Source: Octopus sinensis | Lineage: Eukaryota | Assembly: GCF_006345805.1 (NCBI RefSeq) | Contig: NC_043001.1 | Coordinates: 95,418,001 to 95,482,000, forward strand | Direction of reading: 5' to 3' | DNA: 64,000 nucleotides | Shown: positions 24,546-38,350 of the stretch, one piece after another | Numbering within the stretch: position 1 is the stretch's first letter | How the letters are laid out: each line of letters opens with the position of its first letter | The notes under the pieces: generated by a model | What the model was told of the DNA's origin: nothing | What the model saw: only the letters and a program-made list of their open reading frames with translations | Databases searched by the model: none | Made by a program: the position numbers and the translations under genes

Positions 24546-27358
24546 CAGTAAGTTATCTTCGAATGCATTCACCACAATCTAAACTTGATTTAATTAAGTT
24601 ATCTAAACCTCGGTGAGTAGCTAGCAGAGTAATTATTACATGAGATAATCTGTTAGTTGGGAATCATATGTAACATGGATTTTACCTGCTCCATCGATTT
24701 CAAATTTTGTTCCAATTCATATTAGCAGATCTAGTTGCTCACCATGTGCTGCAAAATGTTTTTAGTTTTTTTTTCAGCTTATTAAACATCGGTTTGGGAA
24801 AGGCCTATAACCTTCGACGCCAATCAATTGTTATTGTCCCTGAAGTTCTTTTAAAATTATTTTTATATTTAACACAGGCTACTCGAAGCTAACAAACTTC
24901 CTACAATTAGATCCATGGATTTTACAATTACACAAACACGCATACACACAGCGCACGCATAAACACACACACACACACATGATACATACAGAGTCCGTAC
25001 CCAAACAGGGATAGAAAAACGAGTAGAAATATTTAAAGAGTAACTTTATAGAGGCATGCTGGGACTAATACATGTTACCCATAATCTTTATTGTTTCTTT
25101 TTTTTTGTTTTTCCTTCTTACTATCGCAAATTCAACGTCGTAAGACGTTCCCTTAATACTTTACTATGATTTCTTGATGGCAGTGTGAGCAACTATGAGG
25201 AAATGGCCGACATACGGTTGTCTTTTAAAGAAGTAAGACCAGCTTACATGTTTTTTTTTGTTTTGTTTTTTTTTACATATTTGAGTATGTAGTTAATGTT
25301 CAACAAGAATGCAGGCATGAATTTATAACGGAATCTCACAAGTCGTTGGTGTGCTGAAGACACTAACCTAGATTACCAGGCACTGAGACTGAACCTAGAA
25401 CCATTTAGTCGGGATGCAACGTTCTTATCATACTGTCATTTGCTAGGTATATGCTTCCACCAGCGCATAAATGAATTGATCTTCCGGAATTTTTCCCTCG
25501 GTTGTATGTATTTCACTCCTTTTGTGATATACTATGATTTCATGTCGTTCATTCTTTCCGTGTTCTTCGTCTTTGAAGGACATAATTTACTGGCGCTGAT
25601 ATAGGTTTCAAGTTTTTTAATGATGTTTTAAATTCCTTCCACATCGGAAAACTATGAGCCACTGAAAGACATTGCATTCGTGACTCCAATAATACGCACA
25701 TTCAGTGCCAACTTGCGATAGTTATATTGGATTACACAACGGATTCCATTGCATAAAAGCATAGAAAACGTGGTGCATTGATCATGTAAAATATAGCGGA
25801 AGACAAAATTGCCGTTTCCCATAGAAAGATAAATTTATGCATGTACACTGTCTCATTGTTGAACCGAAAGGCAATGTGTTATCAATATTAGGTAAAATGA
25901 TATTTTCATCGTTCAACCATTTTTAGAGATGCCGTAACGTAGGCGAGTAGTATGGTGATAGCGTTTAATAACCAAACATATCATTTGGAGAGATTTAGCT
26001 ATGTTACCGATACTCACGTCCATCCGCATAATTGAATATTTGAAATTCAGCACATAAAACTGATGCTCCAATATTTGTATTTTTCTTGATATGAATATGG
26101 TGTTGAAAATATCAGTCTAGTAGAAAATGGTTAGGTGGTCACAATTTCATTTGGATGGGAAAATTCTGTTATTGCACGTATTTTTTTTAATTTTCGGACT
26201 TTAGCTTGTAGGGATTTTTTTATAATGAATGGAGTTCCATTGAACAAATGATGCCGCTGTCATTTTTGAGATAAAGATTGACTTTCTACCCGTCTATTTC
26301 CGAAAACTCTTTACATGGTTAATGAAAACAGTTTAACAAATCGTTTCATAATATCATTAATCTTACTATCAGTCAATGGATGATTTACCTGAAGTCGATT
26401 TTATGACGTGACGCAGTGTCAGAATTATTGTTGGTCTTGTTGTACAATATTTAGTATTTCATTCCTCGTTTATTGTATGGTAGTTACGCAGATGTCTGCC
26501 AAATTTTGTCAATGTTTATTTTCATGTTTATTGATTTAATAACTTACTGTTTCTTTCTATTCCATTTCTGTCTTGTGTTTGATGTTATCTCCAGTTTTTA
26601 TCAATTTGGATATTTCACTATGGAAATTAAAGTTGTTGTTAATGTATATATATATTTGTGGAATGTATATTTTCTGTACCGTCTATGATTACTTTGTTGA
26701 AGATACGTACTACACTGTTGACATTGGTGATTGAATTGTAGTTCAGTTCTACAAAACTTAATTATGTTTCCTGCTGGAATGGCTACCACGAGGCTTTTTG
26801 AAGTTTTTAATACTGTTTTCGTTTTGTTCATTCGTTTGTAGCAACATAGCAATGGTTTTAATTTTCTCATCGGAGTTTAGTTTGAAGATCGTATACAGTG
26901 TGTTTGCATTACATAGACATTTGTAGTAGTCGATATACAAGAAGTTCATTTATTTGTGGTTCGTCAGTTGGGTTTGTTTTATTTGCTACGATCACTTTAT
27001 AAATTGGCGTACCATCTGAAGGAAAAGGTAGAGAAAGGAGTCTACTGCGTTATACTAGTTACAATAATGAATAAGCATGTGGAACACAGGATGTTACAAC
27101 AAGATTGAGGGCTGGTTTCAAATACAACAGCTTCACATGAATCTTCTCAGTTGAAGGATGATGAATGTGTGGAGTTGGTACACGGACAGTTTATTATAGC
27201 AGTACTCGCATTTAAAGCTCTCCAGTATTTAGCTAGTAATCAAGGCACACACTCACACACGCACACACATGCATGCATTTATTTTTATATGTGTGTGCAT
27301 TTATATATATGTGTGTGTATATATACACACATATATATGCATGCATACACACACACAA

Positions 27359-27420
<62 letters not shown>

Positions 27421-27424
<4 letters not shown>

Positions 27425-27660
27425 TTGATCAACTTGACCGACCAGTCCGTCAGGCGTCCATTTGACACCGCTGGTCACAGCACGCTGTCCACTCCTCTCT
27501 GGATCGCGCCTTTCTCATCCACGTGATCCCAATCGTCCTCCTGAAATCGTAACTTCACCGTCGTGAAGGCCTTCCGGGAGGTCGTTTCTGCTCGCACGGG
27601 TGCCACTCGACAACTGTGCGGGTCCACCGATTGTCGGTGAGCCGGGCGACGTGTCTAAAA
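27421..27660 (-). mobile_element. RTE-clade LINE 3' end
   Basis: [44 protein letters not shown], typical of the RTE ORF C-terminus; 3' end abuts (TA)n at 27360-27422. Confidence 0.8.
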
Positions 27661-27727
27661 TACACACACATATACAAATATATATACACATATGTACGTG
27701 TGTGTGCGAATGTGTGCCTCTCAAATT

Positions 27728-29270
27728 CTCTCACTCTTGATATCAAAAGTTTATATGCGGTGATCTCACACAACAAATGACTTCTTGCAATTAAACACTT
27801 ACTAGATCTTCGGCTTGATCCTCAACCTCACGCCTCCAAACTTCTTCGCCAGGCCGAAACTTCCCTCTCCCTCAACTGCTTCTCTTTCACGGAACACTTT
27901 TAATAATAGGTCAGTGGAAAGGCGATGAGAACGCGAATGAGCCCCCAAATATGCGAACCTGTTTGTTGGCTACGTTGAAGCACACATATTCTGAAATTTT
28001 ACTGGTCCCACTTCCGAGCTCTATGGTCGTTATATCGATGACTGTATCCCACGAACCACTGAACTCCTTCTTCTCCTTTGGCCAATCTTTTAATCCAGCC
28101 TTCGAATTATCCTGCACTATCTCGAACTCTTCCCTCTGATTTCTCGACGTTATTGTCGGCATCCACCACTCTGCTGTTACTGCCTCAATCTAGTAAAAAC
28201 ACACTGACTTAAGCTCCTACCTTAAGTTCTCCTGATCCCACCCAACGCACATCAAGCTCTCTATACCCTACTTCCAATTCCTCCGTCTACGTAGGCTCTG
28301 AGGTGACGGTCGTGATTTTGAGAATAACTCTCAACTAATGGCTCGCCACTTCATTCTCTGTAGATTGCACCACTTACTGCAATCCCTTTGCCCGAGCATG
28401 ATCAGTGGGATGTGACTCTACTGTTTCTCCTCGTAACCACTCCACCCTAACCCGTCAACCGTTCCTCTCACTTACTACCCTTCCACACTACCCAGCCAAC
28501 ACATCATTCTCCGTGTCTTCTGTCAACTCGCGTCAGGGCCCACCACTAAGCACATCTTTCCTAAAACACCAACTACCTCTTTGAAACCAGCCTATAACCT
28601 GCGTAACCTCCTGGTCCACAGCTTCTTTCCAATCCCGCCTCCTAATCTGTCTTCTTCCTCTGCTCCTGCCCATGCTGACGTACCTGGCCCTATCTCTCAA
28701 AAACCACCTTCCTCCAATTCAACCATGACAGTCCTAATCACGTCTCCGACTCCTTTACCTGCACCTCTAGTAATGTCATATACTCCATCTCCTAACCTCT
28801 CTGTCCTTCCCTGAACATGGTCAAATAGGATACGTCTTGGCTGACCGGTTTGCGGAACACCCCCGGGACATCAAACGCTGCAGACAACACCTCAATCTCA
28901 CGCCATTTCCGCTAAACCAGTCATCCACTCCAACATCTGTCTGTATTCGGACTGTCTCTGCACAGAGACAACCGAGACCACCCAGACTCCCACTTTCGCC
29001 GTGAACAGGACTTAATCTTCTCTGTTCGTTTCTTTGCACCAGATGGACTCGATTTTTCATCTGAAATCAACCTCAGCACCTCACTTCATTTGACACCCAT
29101 CCTACAGTTTCCCACTCACCTCCCACACCTTCACCCAACCGTACCACTAAACACACCTATACACACTGTTCAGCTCATCACTCACTTCACAACATTACAC
29201 CCACATCCACACCAGTATCCTACTCTATACAGACTTCTGGACACCCACACACCACACCATCATCTGTACA
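27728..29270 (+). mobile_element. Penelope-like element, degenerate (RT + GIY-YIG endonuclease)
   Basis: LTLDIKSLYAVISH, LNCFSF..GKAMRTRMSP/YANLFVGYVE, YGRYIDDC, QFLRLRRL, FTCTSSNVIYSIS..RLADRFAEH..REQDLIFS..APDGL; many stops and shifts. Confidence 0.9.
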
Positions 29271-29734
29271 CATAATCTTCAAGAGCGTCACCATACATAC
29301 CACTCTAGGAGCAGCCAAACACACTATTTAAATCCGCACACAAACACGAGTACACAATGCCTGAACAAAGTCAATATATACACATACACACACGCAACAT
29401 GTCTAAACACACGCAACTCACAAAGATAACATCGCCCAAATTCATACACTATACACATGCACACTATTTTGTCAGTGACACACACACATACATGTGTGCA
29501 CAAACCAAGTAAAAAAGCGCAACTCAGCTGCTACACACAAAACACACACTCACGCTCACACGTTACACACGCACACATACATACACATCAAACTCGCCTC
29601 CATTCACACACACACACACACACACACGTCAAACTCGCTCGTCTCCATTCATACACACACTTACACTCACACACACCATTCTCACATACTCACTCATTGT
29701 GGAATGCATTGGGATGTCGGAATAGTTACTGATC

Positions 29735-29900
29735 CATGGAAAGTTATTTACGTTCTCAGTTCAAATGCTGCTGAAGTTGACTTTGATTTTCATCCTCCGG
29801 GATCGATAAAATAAGTATCGATATAATTGATACTGGGGTCAATATAATCGATTTAACTCCTCCCACCAAAATTACTGGTATTGTGCCAAACGTTTCAAAC
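29735..29900 (+). mobile_element. SINE family B fragment
   Basis: GTTCTCAGTTCAAAT..GTTGACTTTGATTTTCATCCT..GATAAAATAAGTA. Confidence 0.7.
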
Positions 29901-31212
29901 CGATATATATGTTATGTTAAAGAATGTGAATAAATAAGTCACGTATACTTATATATTACAAAACATATCCTTAGGCGTAATATAAATAGAGGGAAACAAA
30001 TTCGTGATGAGCTACTATATATATTCGGAAAATGAAGGAAAGAGGCCTACTCTCCATTCCACCTTTAGACTAAAAGGAGAGACACTTCTAACGGAATATT
30101 TCACAATTTCATTTTCGGAGGCTAGTTTAAAAAAGACCTACTCTGGTTCTTCATCAATATTTAGCAAGTATCAGCTGTTATACAAAGCAGCCATAAATTA
30201 TGATATGACATTTGCTCATGCCCCCTTTGCGTCTGTAATCCTCACATGACTCGTAATTTGTCGATGTGTATGAGTGTGTGTGTGTATGTGTGTATGTGTT
30301 TTGTTCTCAAACTGCTGGAAATCAGTTCATTATTAAAATGCCTCTCCTTGGATGCAATAGTAATATGAGTATATTCCTTCTATGCTGGTGATCTAAGGAA
30401 AGTGAAAGTGAATCTTCGAAAGGATATATTTGCGGCTTATTTATAGGACCTCAATGAAGAAGCATCAGTTTTCCCTCCACTCAATAACTCTCATTACTAG
30501 CTATATAAAACTGTCATAACAGAGAGAAACACCAGGATGGAAAACCAAATTTGCATATCTGAGCTGATTTGATAGTTTTTCTATTTATTAAACACAATTT
30601 TATGAGTTATACAACATAAATAAGAACAGTTACAAGATATTTAACTAATATAATGCCTTACTATTGATGAAATTGCGAATGAAAATCGATAATTTATGTA
30701 CAGTGATAAAGAAGCAGGAAATCGCTTAAGGGAACGTTTCACTGTTTGTTGAAAGCTTCATAGGACTGACGTACTTAGATTCATAACTAAAGCAAAGGAA
30801 GGGATAAGCTGGGGAAGGAAAACGGCTGCGTCGACTGTGAGTATGCAACAAAGGCCTTACGATGGACCATCAGGAGACAAAGCCTTATGCGTTTAACCCA
30901 ACTAAAATGCTTAGTAGAAACAAAATATTTACCGGATAAACGAAGCCGGGTACTTGTTTTTATCCTGTTACTTATATCGAACACTACCGCCAACACACCA
31001 ACACCGGTTATCTAACGGTGGTAAGGGACACAAAGACACAAATATTTAAAAATAACTCTGTTTCTCATAATTTTGAAAAGTAAGTATAAAAGGACCGCAT
31101 TATTTAACCAAATACCTGTCTATCTATCTATCCACCTGTATATATGTCTGCTTCTCTGTCACACACGCTTTCTCTCCCTTCTCTCACACTCTCTTTTATT
31201 TATCTCTCCCTG

Positions 31213-31298
<86 letters not shown>

Positions 31299-32056
31299 AT
31301 ACATAGATATAGATAGATACATAAATAGAGAGGTACACAGACACAGACACAGACACACACATATATATGCACTACTTCAAATTGTGTGGGTAAGTGTTTG
31401 TGTATATAATTAATGTTCTGCACATGCGTGCATAACTAACCATCATATTTTTTATACTAATTTTAAAAACCTTTCCAATTATAAAGAACTCATTTACACT
31501 CAGTTTTCTAATTTTAATTGCACTTTTCCTTATGTGGCTTCCTGTAATTTTGGAGGCTTTCAGATTCATCCAAATCGACATTGCCTTTCATCCTTTCGTC
31601 GTCGATCAAAGAAGCACTAGTTTAAAACTAATGTCCATGGAATAGACTTAGCCCCCTCCCCCTAAACTGCTGGCCATTTGCCACAATATGAAATTAATAT
31701 TTTGCAGCCTATCCTATCATAGCAAAATTGTTCAACTTCCGTGTTGCTCATTTTAAACCGAACATTTATTTGTGTTTGTGAGTATTCTGCTTCATTTCTT
31801 TATCTCGCTTCTCGTAACGCCAAATATAATTTCGCATTGTTCCTTTTGTTGTTATTTGTTAGACCTGTATTCGAGATTAGGTGACATCATTCTAGAAACC
31901 AATTGAAATTTGCATAATGAGCCTGATATATACGTGTTTCAGTCTACATAGTTGTTATTTATCCTATGTTGGTATATGCGGATATGAACATATAACGTGT
32001 CGCCTTGCATTTGTCAGTATTTCTTATGAAGTTTTTATAGCTATAATGCTCTAAAT

Positions 32057-32300
32057 CACTGGTTCTCAACCATTTGTTTTCATCTATGGAACACTGTGGT
32101 TCCAGTTTTATTCTATTGAACCTTCATAACCATTCGATATGTATAAAAGACATCCTACTGTATATTTATAATTATATATTATTAGGAACTGTATATTTTC
32201 AAAATGTATTGTAGAAGTATAACTAACCTATTGTTGATGAATTTTAAAAACAAAATCTTTCTTGGACTCCAAGGGCCAAATGGACACCGATTGAGAACCA
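32057..32300. mobile_element. hAT (Charlie-like) MITE
   Basis: Left end CACTGGTTCTCAACC; right end GATTGAGAACCA (last 3 nt lost); 8-bp TSD CTCTAAAT at 32049-32056 and 32301-32308. Confidence 0.8.
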
Positions 32301-32527
32301 CTCTAAATCATGGAATGAAAAGAAGCAATATAAATTTTGATTAAAATAGAATTTAGTAATCTTATTGCCAAAAATAAGTAACACAGCTACTAAAATGTCA
32401 CGTCAGTTATATGTAAGGGAAACGGATGTACAAAAAATTACGCTTCTATTATGGATCATCTGGATTATAATTGATCAAGGTGACCTTACACTGAGCACCT
32501 AAAAGTAATATTTTTAATCTTTTCCAG

Positions 32528-32559
32528 ATGCTTCTATAAATGCTGTTCCTCTGGCTCAG
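32528..32559 (+). CDS. Candidate 32-nt exon (xCFYKCCSSGS+G, or DASINAVPLAQ); protein unidentified
   Basis: Acceptor TTTTTAATCTTTTCCAG, consensus donor CAG|GTGAGT, unique non-repeat context; two of three frames open. Confidence 0.5.
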
Positions 32560-32727
32560 GTGAGTTGTGAAATTGATGATCTAGAGATAGGGCGCTGGCA
32601 TTTATAGAATCATTATAAATATAACAAGGATTGCCATATTAGCCACACATTTTGTATGATTTTTACATTGTTGGTTCTTCATTTGGCATCTATTTCTAAC
32701 CGATCAAACAACTGCATTGAGAATCTA

Positions 32728-33210
32728 TTGGGTTGCCCGGAAAGTTCGTGCCGATTTTTAAAGGAAAAAAAAAGGTCAATAAATACTTCCCATTATTATA
32801 AGATTTACCAGGTGCTCATGAACTACGGATTTCGATACGTTGAGACGTTCTGCAAATTCTCGGGTTGTGCAATGTGGGTTATTCTCAATTAATGACCTGA
32901 GTTGGTCATCATCTGTAGTGGATGGTCTGCCTGATCACTCTTTATGAATAAGGCTACAACCTCCAGTTCGGAACCTTGCGAACCAATTCCGTACAGTTTT
33001 TTTCCGATAAAGAAACATCACCGTAAACTGCGCATATTTCGTTGGTTGATGGTAAGGCATTTTTCTCTTTACGGAAAAAGAAAAGTATCAATTGCCGAAA
33101 ATGAACTTTGTTATCTTCCATTTTAAAGGGCTGCAGAATTAACACAGGTTATAGGAACATAAACCTTCTTCCACGAAAATATAGCTTAAACTGTGCTCTA
33201 AATGGAGGTG
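32728..33210 (-). mobile_element. Mariner deletion derivative: right TIR plus N-terminal HTH region
   Basis: TA+TTGGGTTGCCCGGAAAGTTCGTGCCGAT; MEDNKVHFRQLILFFFRKEKNA..ICAVYGDVSLSE; same family as 60644-61209; left end replaced by a SINE. Confidence 0.88.
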
Positions 33211-33480
33211 TAGTCGAGAGATCGTGGGTCCGAATCTTAGACCGGGCGACGTGTGTGTTTATGAGCGAATCACCTAAGCTCCACGCGGCTCCGGCAGAAT
33301 GTAATGGCGATCTTCTGCTGATTCTTTCGCCACAACTTTCTCTCACTCTTTCCTCCTGTATCTTGCAACTCACCTGCGACGCACCGGCGTCCCGTCCAGG
33401 TGGGGAACCTAGAGGCCAAAGAAACCGTGAAACTAGCCCTTATGAGCTAGGCATGGCGAGAGAAGGAACAAACAAAACAA
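33210..33480 (+). mobile_element. SINE family C inserted at the mariner 5' end
   Basis: Body homologous to 20128-20310; (AAAC)n-like tail. Confidence 0.78.
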
Positions 33481-35224
33481 TATTCCTCTCTACAATAAGT
33501 ACAAGGCCTGAAAGTTTGCGTGTGTGTGGTGGGGTGCTATTCGATAACATACATTCCAGAAGCGATTGAAGTTAAAGAAAACACCGACAGCATTCGAACT
33601 CATAACGTAAAGACGGACGAAATAGCACTAAGCACTCTTTCCGGCAAGTGAACGAATAACTTCATAATAATGAAAATAAATTTTTTAAAGAATTGTAATT
33701 ATTTTCTTTTTAATTGTATGTATTTTTCCAGTGTGATTATAATTCTCATACGAAACAAGTAAATAATATTAAAATAATTATCATTGCAAAATCTTGCAAA
33801 TAGTTATTGAATCGTGAATAACTGTTCTCAAACGAAGAACAAAATCCTTTTGCTATTTCTGAATGATTTAATAATATTTTGTTTTTGATATGTTTGATAA
33901 CGATTTTTCGAATCGTTACAAATCTATTTACCATGGTTTACTTACATCACAATGTCAGTTCAGCCGGTACATATTCCGAACAAATATATTCACCATAACA
34001 CTACACATTGTAATATAATCAGTTCATTTTTGTCTACAACTCTTTTTCTTCGAAAGTTTACGTGTATGTGCCTGTGTGTGTGTTTGCACATATGAGATGT
34101 GGGAGAAGATAGCACAATCATATATAGTATGTAAAGACAGATCTGTATTGGCATTTCATAAAACATACATGTGGTATCAAGTTCAGAAAAATTTTGTTTT
34201 TTCTCAATATTCATTCTCTATATACGTATTCATAATTCTTTAACAATTCTAATGAATATAACATCCAGATTTTGAGTTAAAATATTTTCCCGGCGATTCA
34301 TGACATTTACACAGTTATCTCTCAAAGATTCAAAACATCAAACCTATCCATATTCGTTCACAAAACCACAAATATATGACCTCACCTGAGAGCCTTACAC
34401 AATGCACAGGTTTCGATAGCGAACACTTAAATATATATGAAACTGGACATCACCACTTATGATGATACTCATTTCAGAACACAAAGGCATGATATGGTAG
34501 TATGTTATATTTGTGTGAAATATAATATTACTTTTGAAGTTGATATGGTGTTCTTATCGCCAGTAAATACATATTAATAAAGTGGGAAATTAAAATAGCT
34601 AAAAGGAGTAGGATCATTGTATGTTCCACATCTTTTACCGTTACATACACTTCTTCCATTGATTCAAAAACATTGATCAGCGTCATCACTATGTATTGAT
34701 GTACTTTGATTCAAAACTGCTACCTGCTACAGTAACTGAATCTTTTCTGTAAAATCTTTAGAATATGATTGAAGTTGTATTCAAGTTAAAGACTCAGACA
34801 TTATACGAAGAAAAGTATGCCCTTTCAGGATAACGTGTAGCAGTTAGGAATTGTATATAATTAAAATTATATTGAAAGTTACCTGTGATAATTGAGACTG
34901 AAGTTGAGACAAATTTGCACTAATCATTGTCTGATTTCGTAAAGAAACTTTATCCAATGCTCAATTTGCTACATTTCAACGGCCATGGTTGTTAAGAAGT
35001 TATAATATCTGTTGATTTTCTATCTGATAAATTCACAATAATCAGATATCAATCGAATCATAGGTAATTTCTTACGATGTAATTTAATATATTTACTAAC
35101 TGTGGAATGCTGCCCTTATAGTAAATATTGGAGAAATTGAAATATATTAAGTTAAATTGAAACCACGCACTGAGAGCGTGCTCTCACCAGCGTTCCCTAG
35201 ATGGTAAGTAAATGAGATCATCGT

Positions 35225-36050
35225 TTGTCAGATTTGCTTCTCCGCATCTTGTCTCTTTAATGATCTGCAGTCTAGGATAAAGCGTAGATCGGAGCAGGGG
35301 GGAATAGTATCTAGAGTGCCGCCAGTCAAGCTCTGCGACGGGGGAATCTACCCATTGGCATTCTATAAAGGTTTATTGGCGGGCAATGGTAAGGCGTCAA
35401 CGAGAATCAGTTATCTGCTCTAGTCTGGAGGACATTCGCTCCTGGACCATAGATAACTTCCAGAAATATCAGACTCGGTAGTACTACAGAGGATTGGGGA
35501 AAATAGCCGGTTCGTGGAAACCACTCCAAACATCGAAGTGATGTGAGCCATCCCTACTTGACCATGCGCACAGAAATACGAAACGTTTTGTGCCTAAGCA
35601 TTGCTGACATGTGAAACAAATGTTGTCGCTCGCGTATAGGATGAAACCCAGCTGTCATCTAACTGCATTTGTTTCATAGAGAAGGGCAGGCAGTGTCTGC
35701 AGGTCTGATCGAGAGAGGGTTTGTGATGGAAAAGCTCACGGGTGCTGAAGACATACACTTTCCTCATTTGCCAAGCCCTAAAAAATTTTCATTTTCTATT
35801 TGAAAAGAAGAATACATGTGGAGACGGAGGTGTTGCCGATTTGTTGAAATGTATGTAAATGTCTCAAAACAGTCCCAGTAAAAAAGAGCAGATTCAAGCA
35901 TGCGTTGTAAATCGAGAGAGGGTATTGAGAAGGCACTTTCCCTGGTGAGAAGGATGACCGGAATAGTAAGATCTTTCTGTAAACTTACACTCTACATGCT
36001 TTCATGAAAATCTGCATCATATCACATTATGTTATGCTGTATAATCCAGT
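35225..36050 (+). mobile_element. L1/Tx1-like ORF2 3' fragment 1, highly degenerate
   Basis: LFNDLQSRIKRR, LAFYKGLL, TFAPGP/DNFQK, GLKTYTFLICQAL, HVETEVL align by eye with 50856-51492. Confidence 0.7.
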
Positions 36051-36168
36051 GTACCGCCCTGGATCTGCTAATAACATTTTATAGTCAGTAAATAAATATT
36101 TGTTGTCGTTCCCGCTGCTGCTGTTGATGCTGCCTTTGTTCCTGCTGCTGCTGCAGTTATTGTTATGG

Positions 36169-36282
36169 CTCTTCTTCTTCTTCTTCTTCTTCTTCTTCTT
36201 CTTCTTCTTCTTCTTCTTCTTCTTCTTCTTCTTCTTCTTCTTCTTCTTCTTCTTCTTCTTCTTCTTCTTCTTCTTCTTCTTC
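36169..36282. repeat. (CTT)n microsatellite, about 38 units
   Basis: Perfect run. Confidence 0.98.
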
Positions 36283-36379
36283 AGCTTCGATTGTTTCTTT
36301 TTGACTGATTGATGATAAAATAAAATATCAGTCATGTTCTGTGTGCAGTGATATAGACTAACTTCTTGACTTTAGTATA

Positions 36380-37340
36380 TGGTGAGCCGCTGTGAACTCC
36401 CTTTATATGACACGTCTTTAGTGATCTATTTGACGGAGCTGCCTTCCTGGATGAAGAAAAAACCAGGAATAGAAACCTGTCCTATGGAATGTCATCAGGT
36501 GTTCACTGCCTTCTACCAACCGGGCAATAAGGCCGGTGGAATTTCTATAGAAGCAACATGTAAAAATCCATGATGGGTAACAGAAATGACGTTCTTAGGA
36601 AAACCCTAGGAACCGACTACGATGAACTAGCAGGTAAATATCTGGCCTGGCAATGCCACTCCTGAGCACTGTTAGTTTGAGATAAACTATACAGGAACGG
36701 AAGGTCCGTCTGAGATAGTCTCAGAGCGAAAAGGCCTTTCTCCACAAATTCGTGGATTGCCTGATATTGTGAGGCTTTGTGAAGTTAAGTTGAAGAGCTG
36801 TTATTAAAAACATATGGTCCAAATCCAGCTAGCACCCAAATCCATCGCCAGTGTGATTACACTATCCACATTTACCAAGACAGTGTAGGAGGTGTGACTC
36901 TGTTTAGTAGCTATGGCGAGAGAAATTGTGCAGGGGACGAGCTAGATGCCTTGAGAAAAATTTCCATCATGTTTGGTCAAGCTCTTATCGACATTTCTTT
37001 TTAAAGAGATATGATAGTGGAGAGGGAAGTGCTAACGCCCGCTGAATTTGTGAGAAAATGGGTGGGTGTTGCCAAAATGGGTTCTGTGTATGTTCCTACA
37101 TTAAGTATGCGCCTGTAGATTGAAGATCAGAGGAGAGAACTTGCACCATTGACGGTAGGATAATTCTGGATCTGTGGGGTTCTTTATTGGCCCTAGTTGG
37201 GGTTTCTCCTGTAATCGAAGGACTGCATCATTCGTGGTATCATATATTTTGTAGACTATTTATCACAATATCACCGTCTTTTCAACGAATTTCTGCCCAT
37301 CCCTTTTTGTTGTATATCCATGCGATGTTCCCCTCATTTC
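36380..37340 (+). mobile_element. L1/Tx1-like ORF2 3' fragment 2, degenerate
   Basis: KYLAWQCHS*ALLV*DKLYRNG and IVEREVLTPAEFVRKWVGVAKM match RSLAWQFYREALPVRDKLYRHG and ..CFKKRWVNVARL of the 50.9-kb copy. Confidence 0.75.
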
Positions 37341-37342
37341 TG

Positions 37343-37396
37343 TCATCATCATCATCATCATCTTCATCGTCATCGTCATCATCATCATCACCATCA

Positions 37397-37448
<52 letters not shown>

Positions 37449-37518
37449 TAATTATTATAATAGAAGCAGAAGCAAATGTAGTAATTGCAGTAATAGTAAC
37501 AACAACAGCAGGAAGAGC

Positions 37519-37556
<38 letters not shown>

Positions 37557-37694
37557 CAGAAGTTGCAGCAGTAGCAGCAGCAGTAGTAGTAGTAGTAATA
37601 GTAGTAGTAGTAGTAGTAGCTGTAGCAGCAGTAGTAATAGTAGTAGCATTTATGTTGTAGTAGTAGTTCCAGTAGCAGCAGCAGCAGCAGTAGC

Positions 37695-37738
<44 letters not shown>

Positions 37739-37760
37739 CAGCAGCAGCAGCAGTAGTATT
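37343..37760. repeat. Compound (TCA)n-(TTA)n-(GTA/GCA)n array
   Basis: Direct reading. Confidence 0.95.
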
Positions 37761-38134
37761 CACCTTTTCATGTCTTAGCAGTGACACCAATAAGAGATCC
37801 AGGGTAATTGCTTTTTACCACGTAGAATGTAGGAGACGATTAATTTATACGAGAGACAGGGTGTATAAATATTAAAAGAAGAGGAATCTTATTTGTTCAG
37901 CTTGTCTTTTCCTTTCTCTCAAAATGATGCTATTGATGATTCTGTTATTGTTAAGTTTATAATTCGCCATTGTTTTAGATATTATCGATTTCCCAGTGTC
38001 TGTTGCTGCAGGGTAGGATTTGCATTTTGTTGTCATTTTTAATAGTTGCACAATCATACATTCATACATGCATACATACATACACATATATGCATACAAA
38101 TATGTATATATATATAAATACACACACAAACACG

Positions 38135-38203
<69 letters not shown>

Positions 38204-38289
38204 CATACTATATATATATATATGTGTGTGTGTGTATGTATATAAATATATGTATTAATATATATATACAGACACACACATACACACAC

Positions 38290-38350
<61 letters not shown>

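Noticed and set aside
24686-24748. 63-nt minus-strand segment with acceptor and donor
   Set aside because: Stop codons in all three frames.
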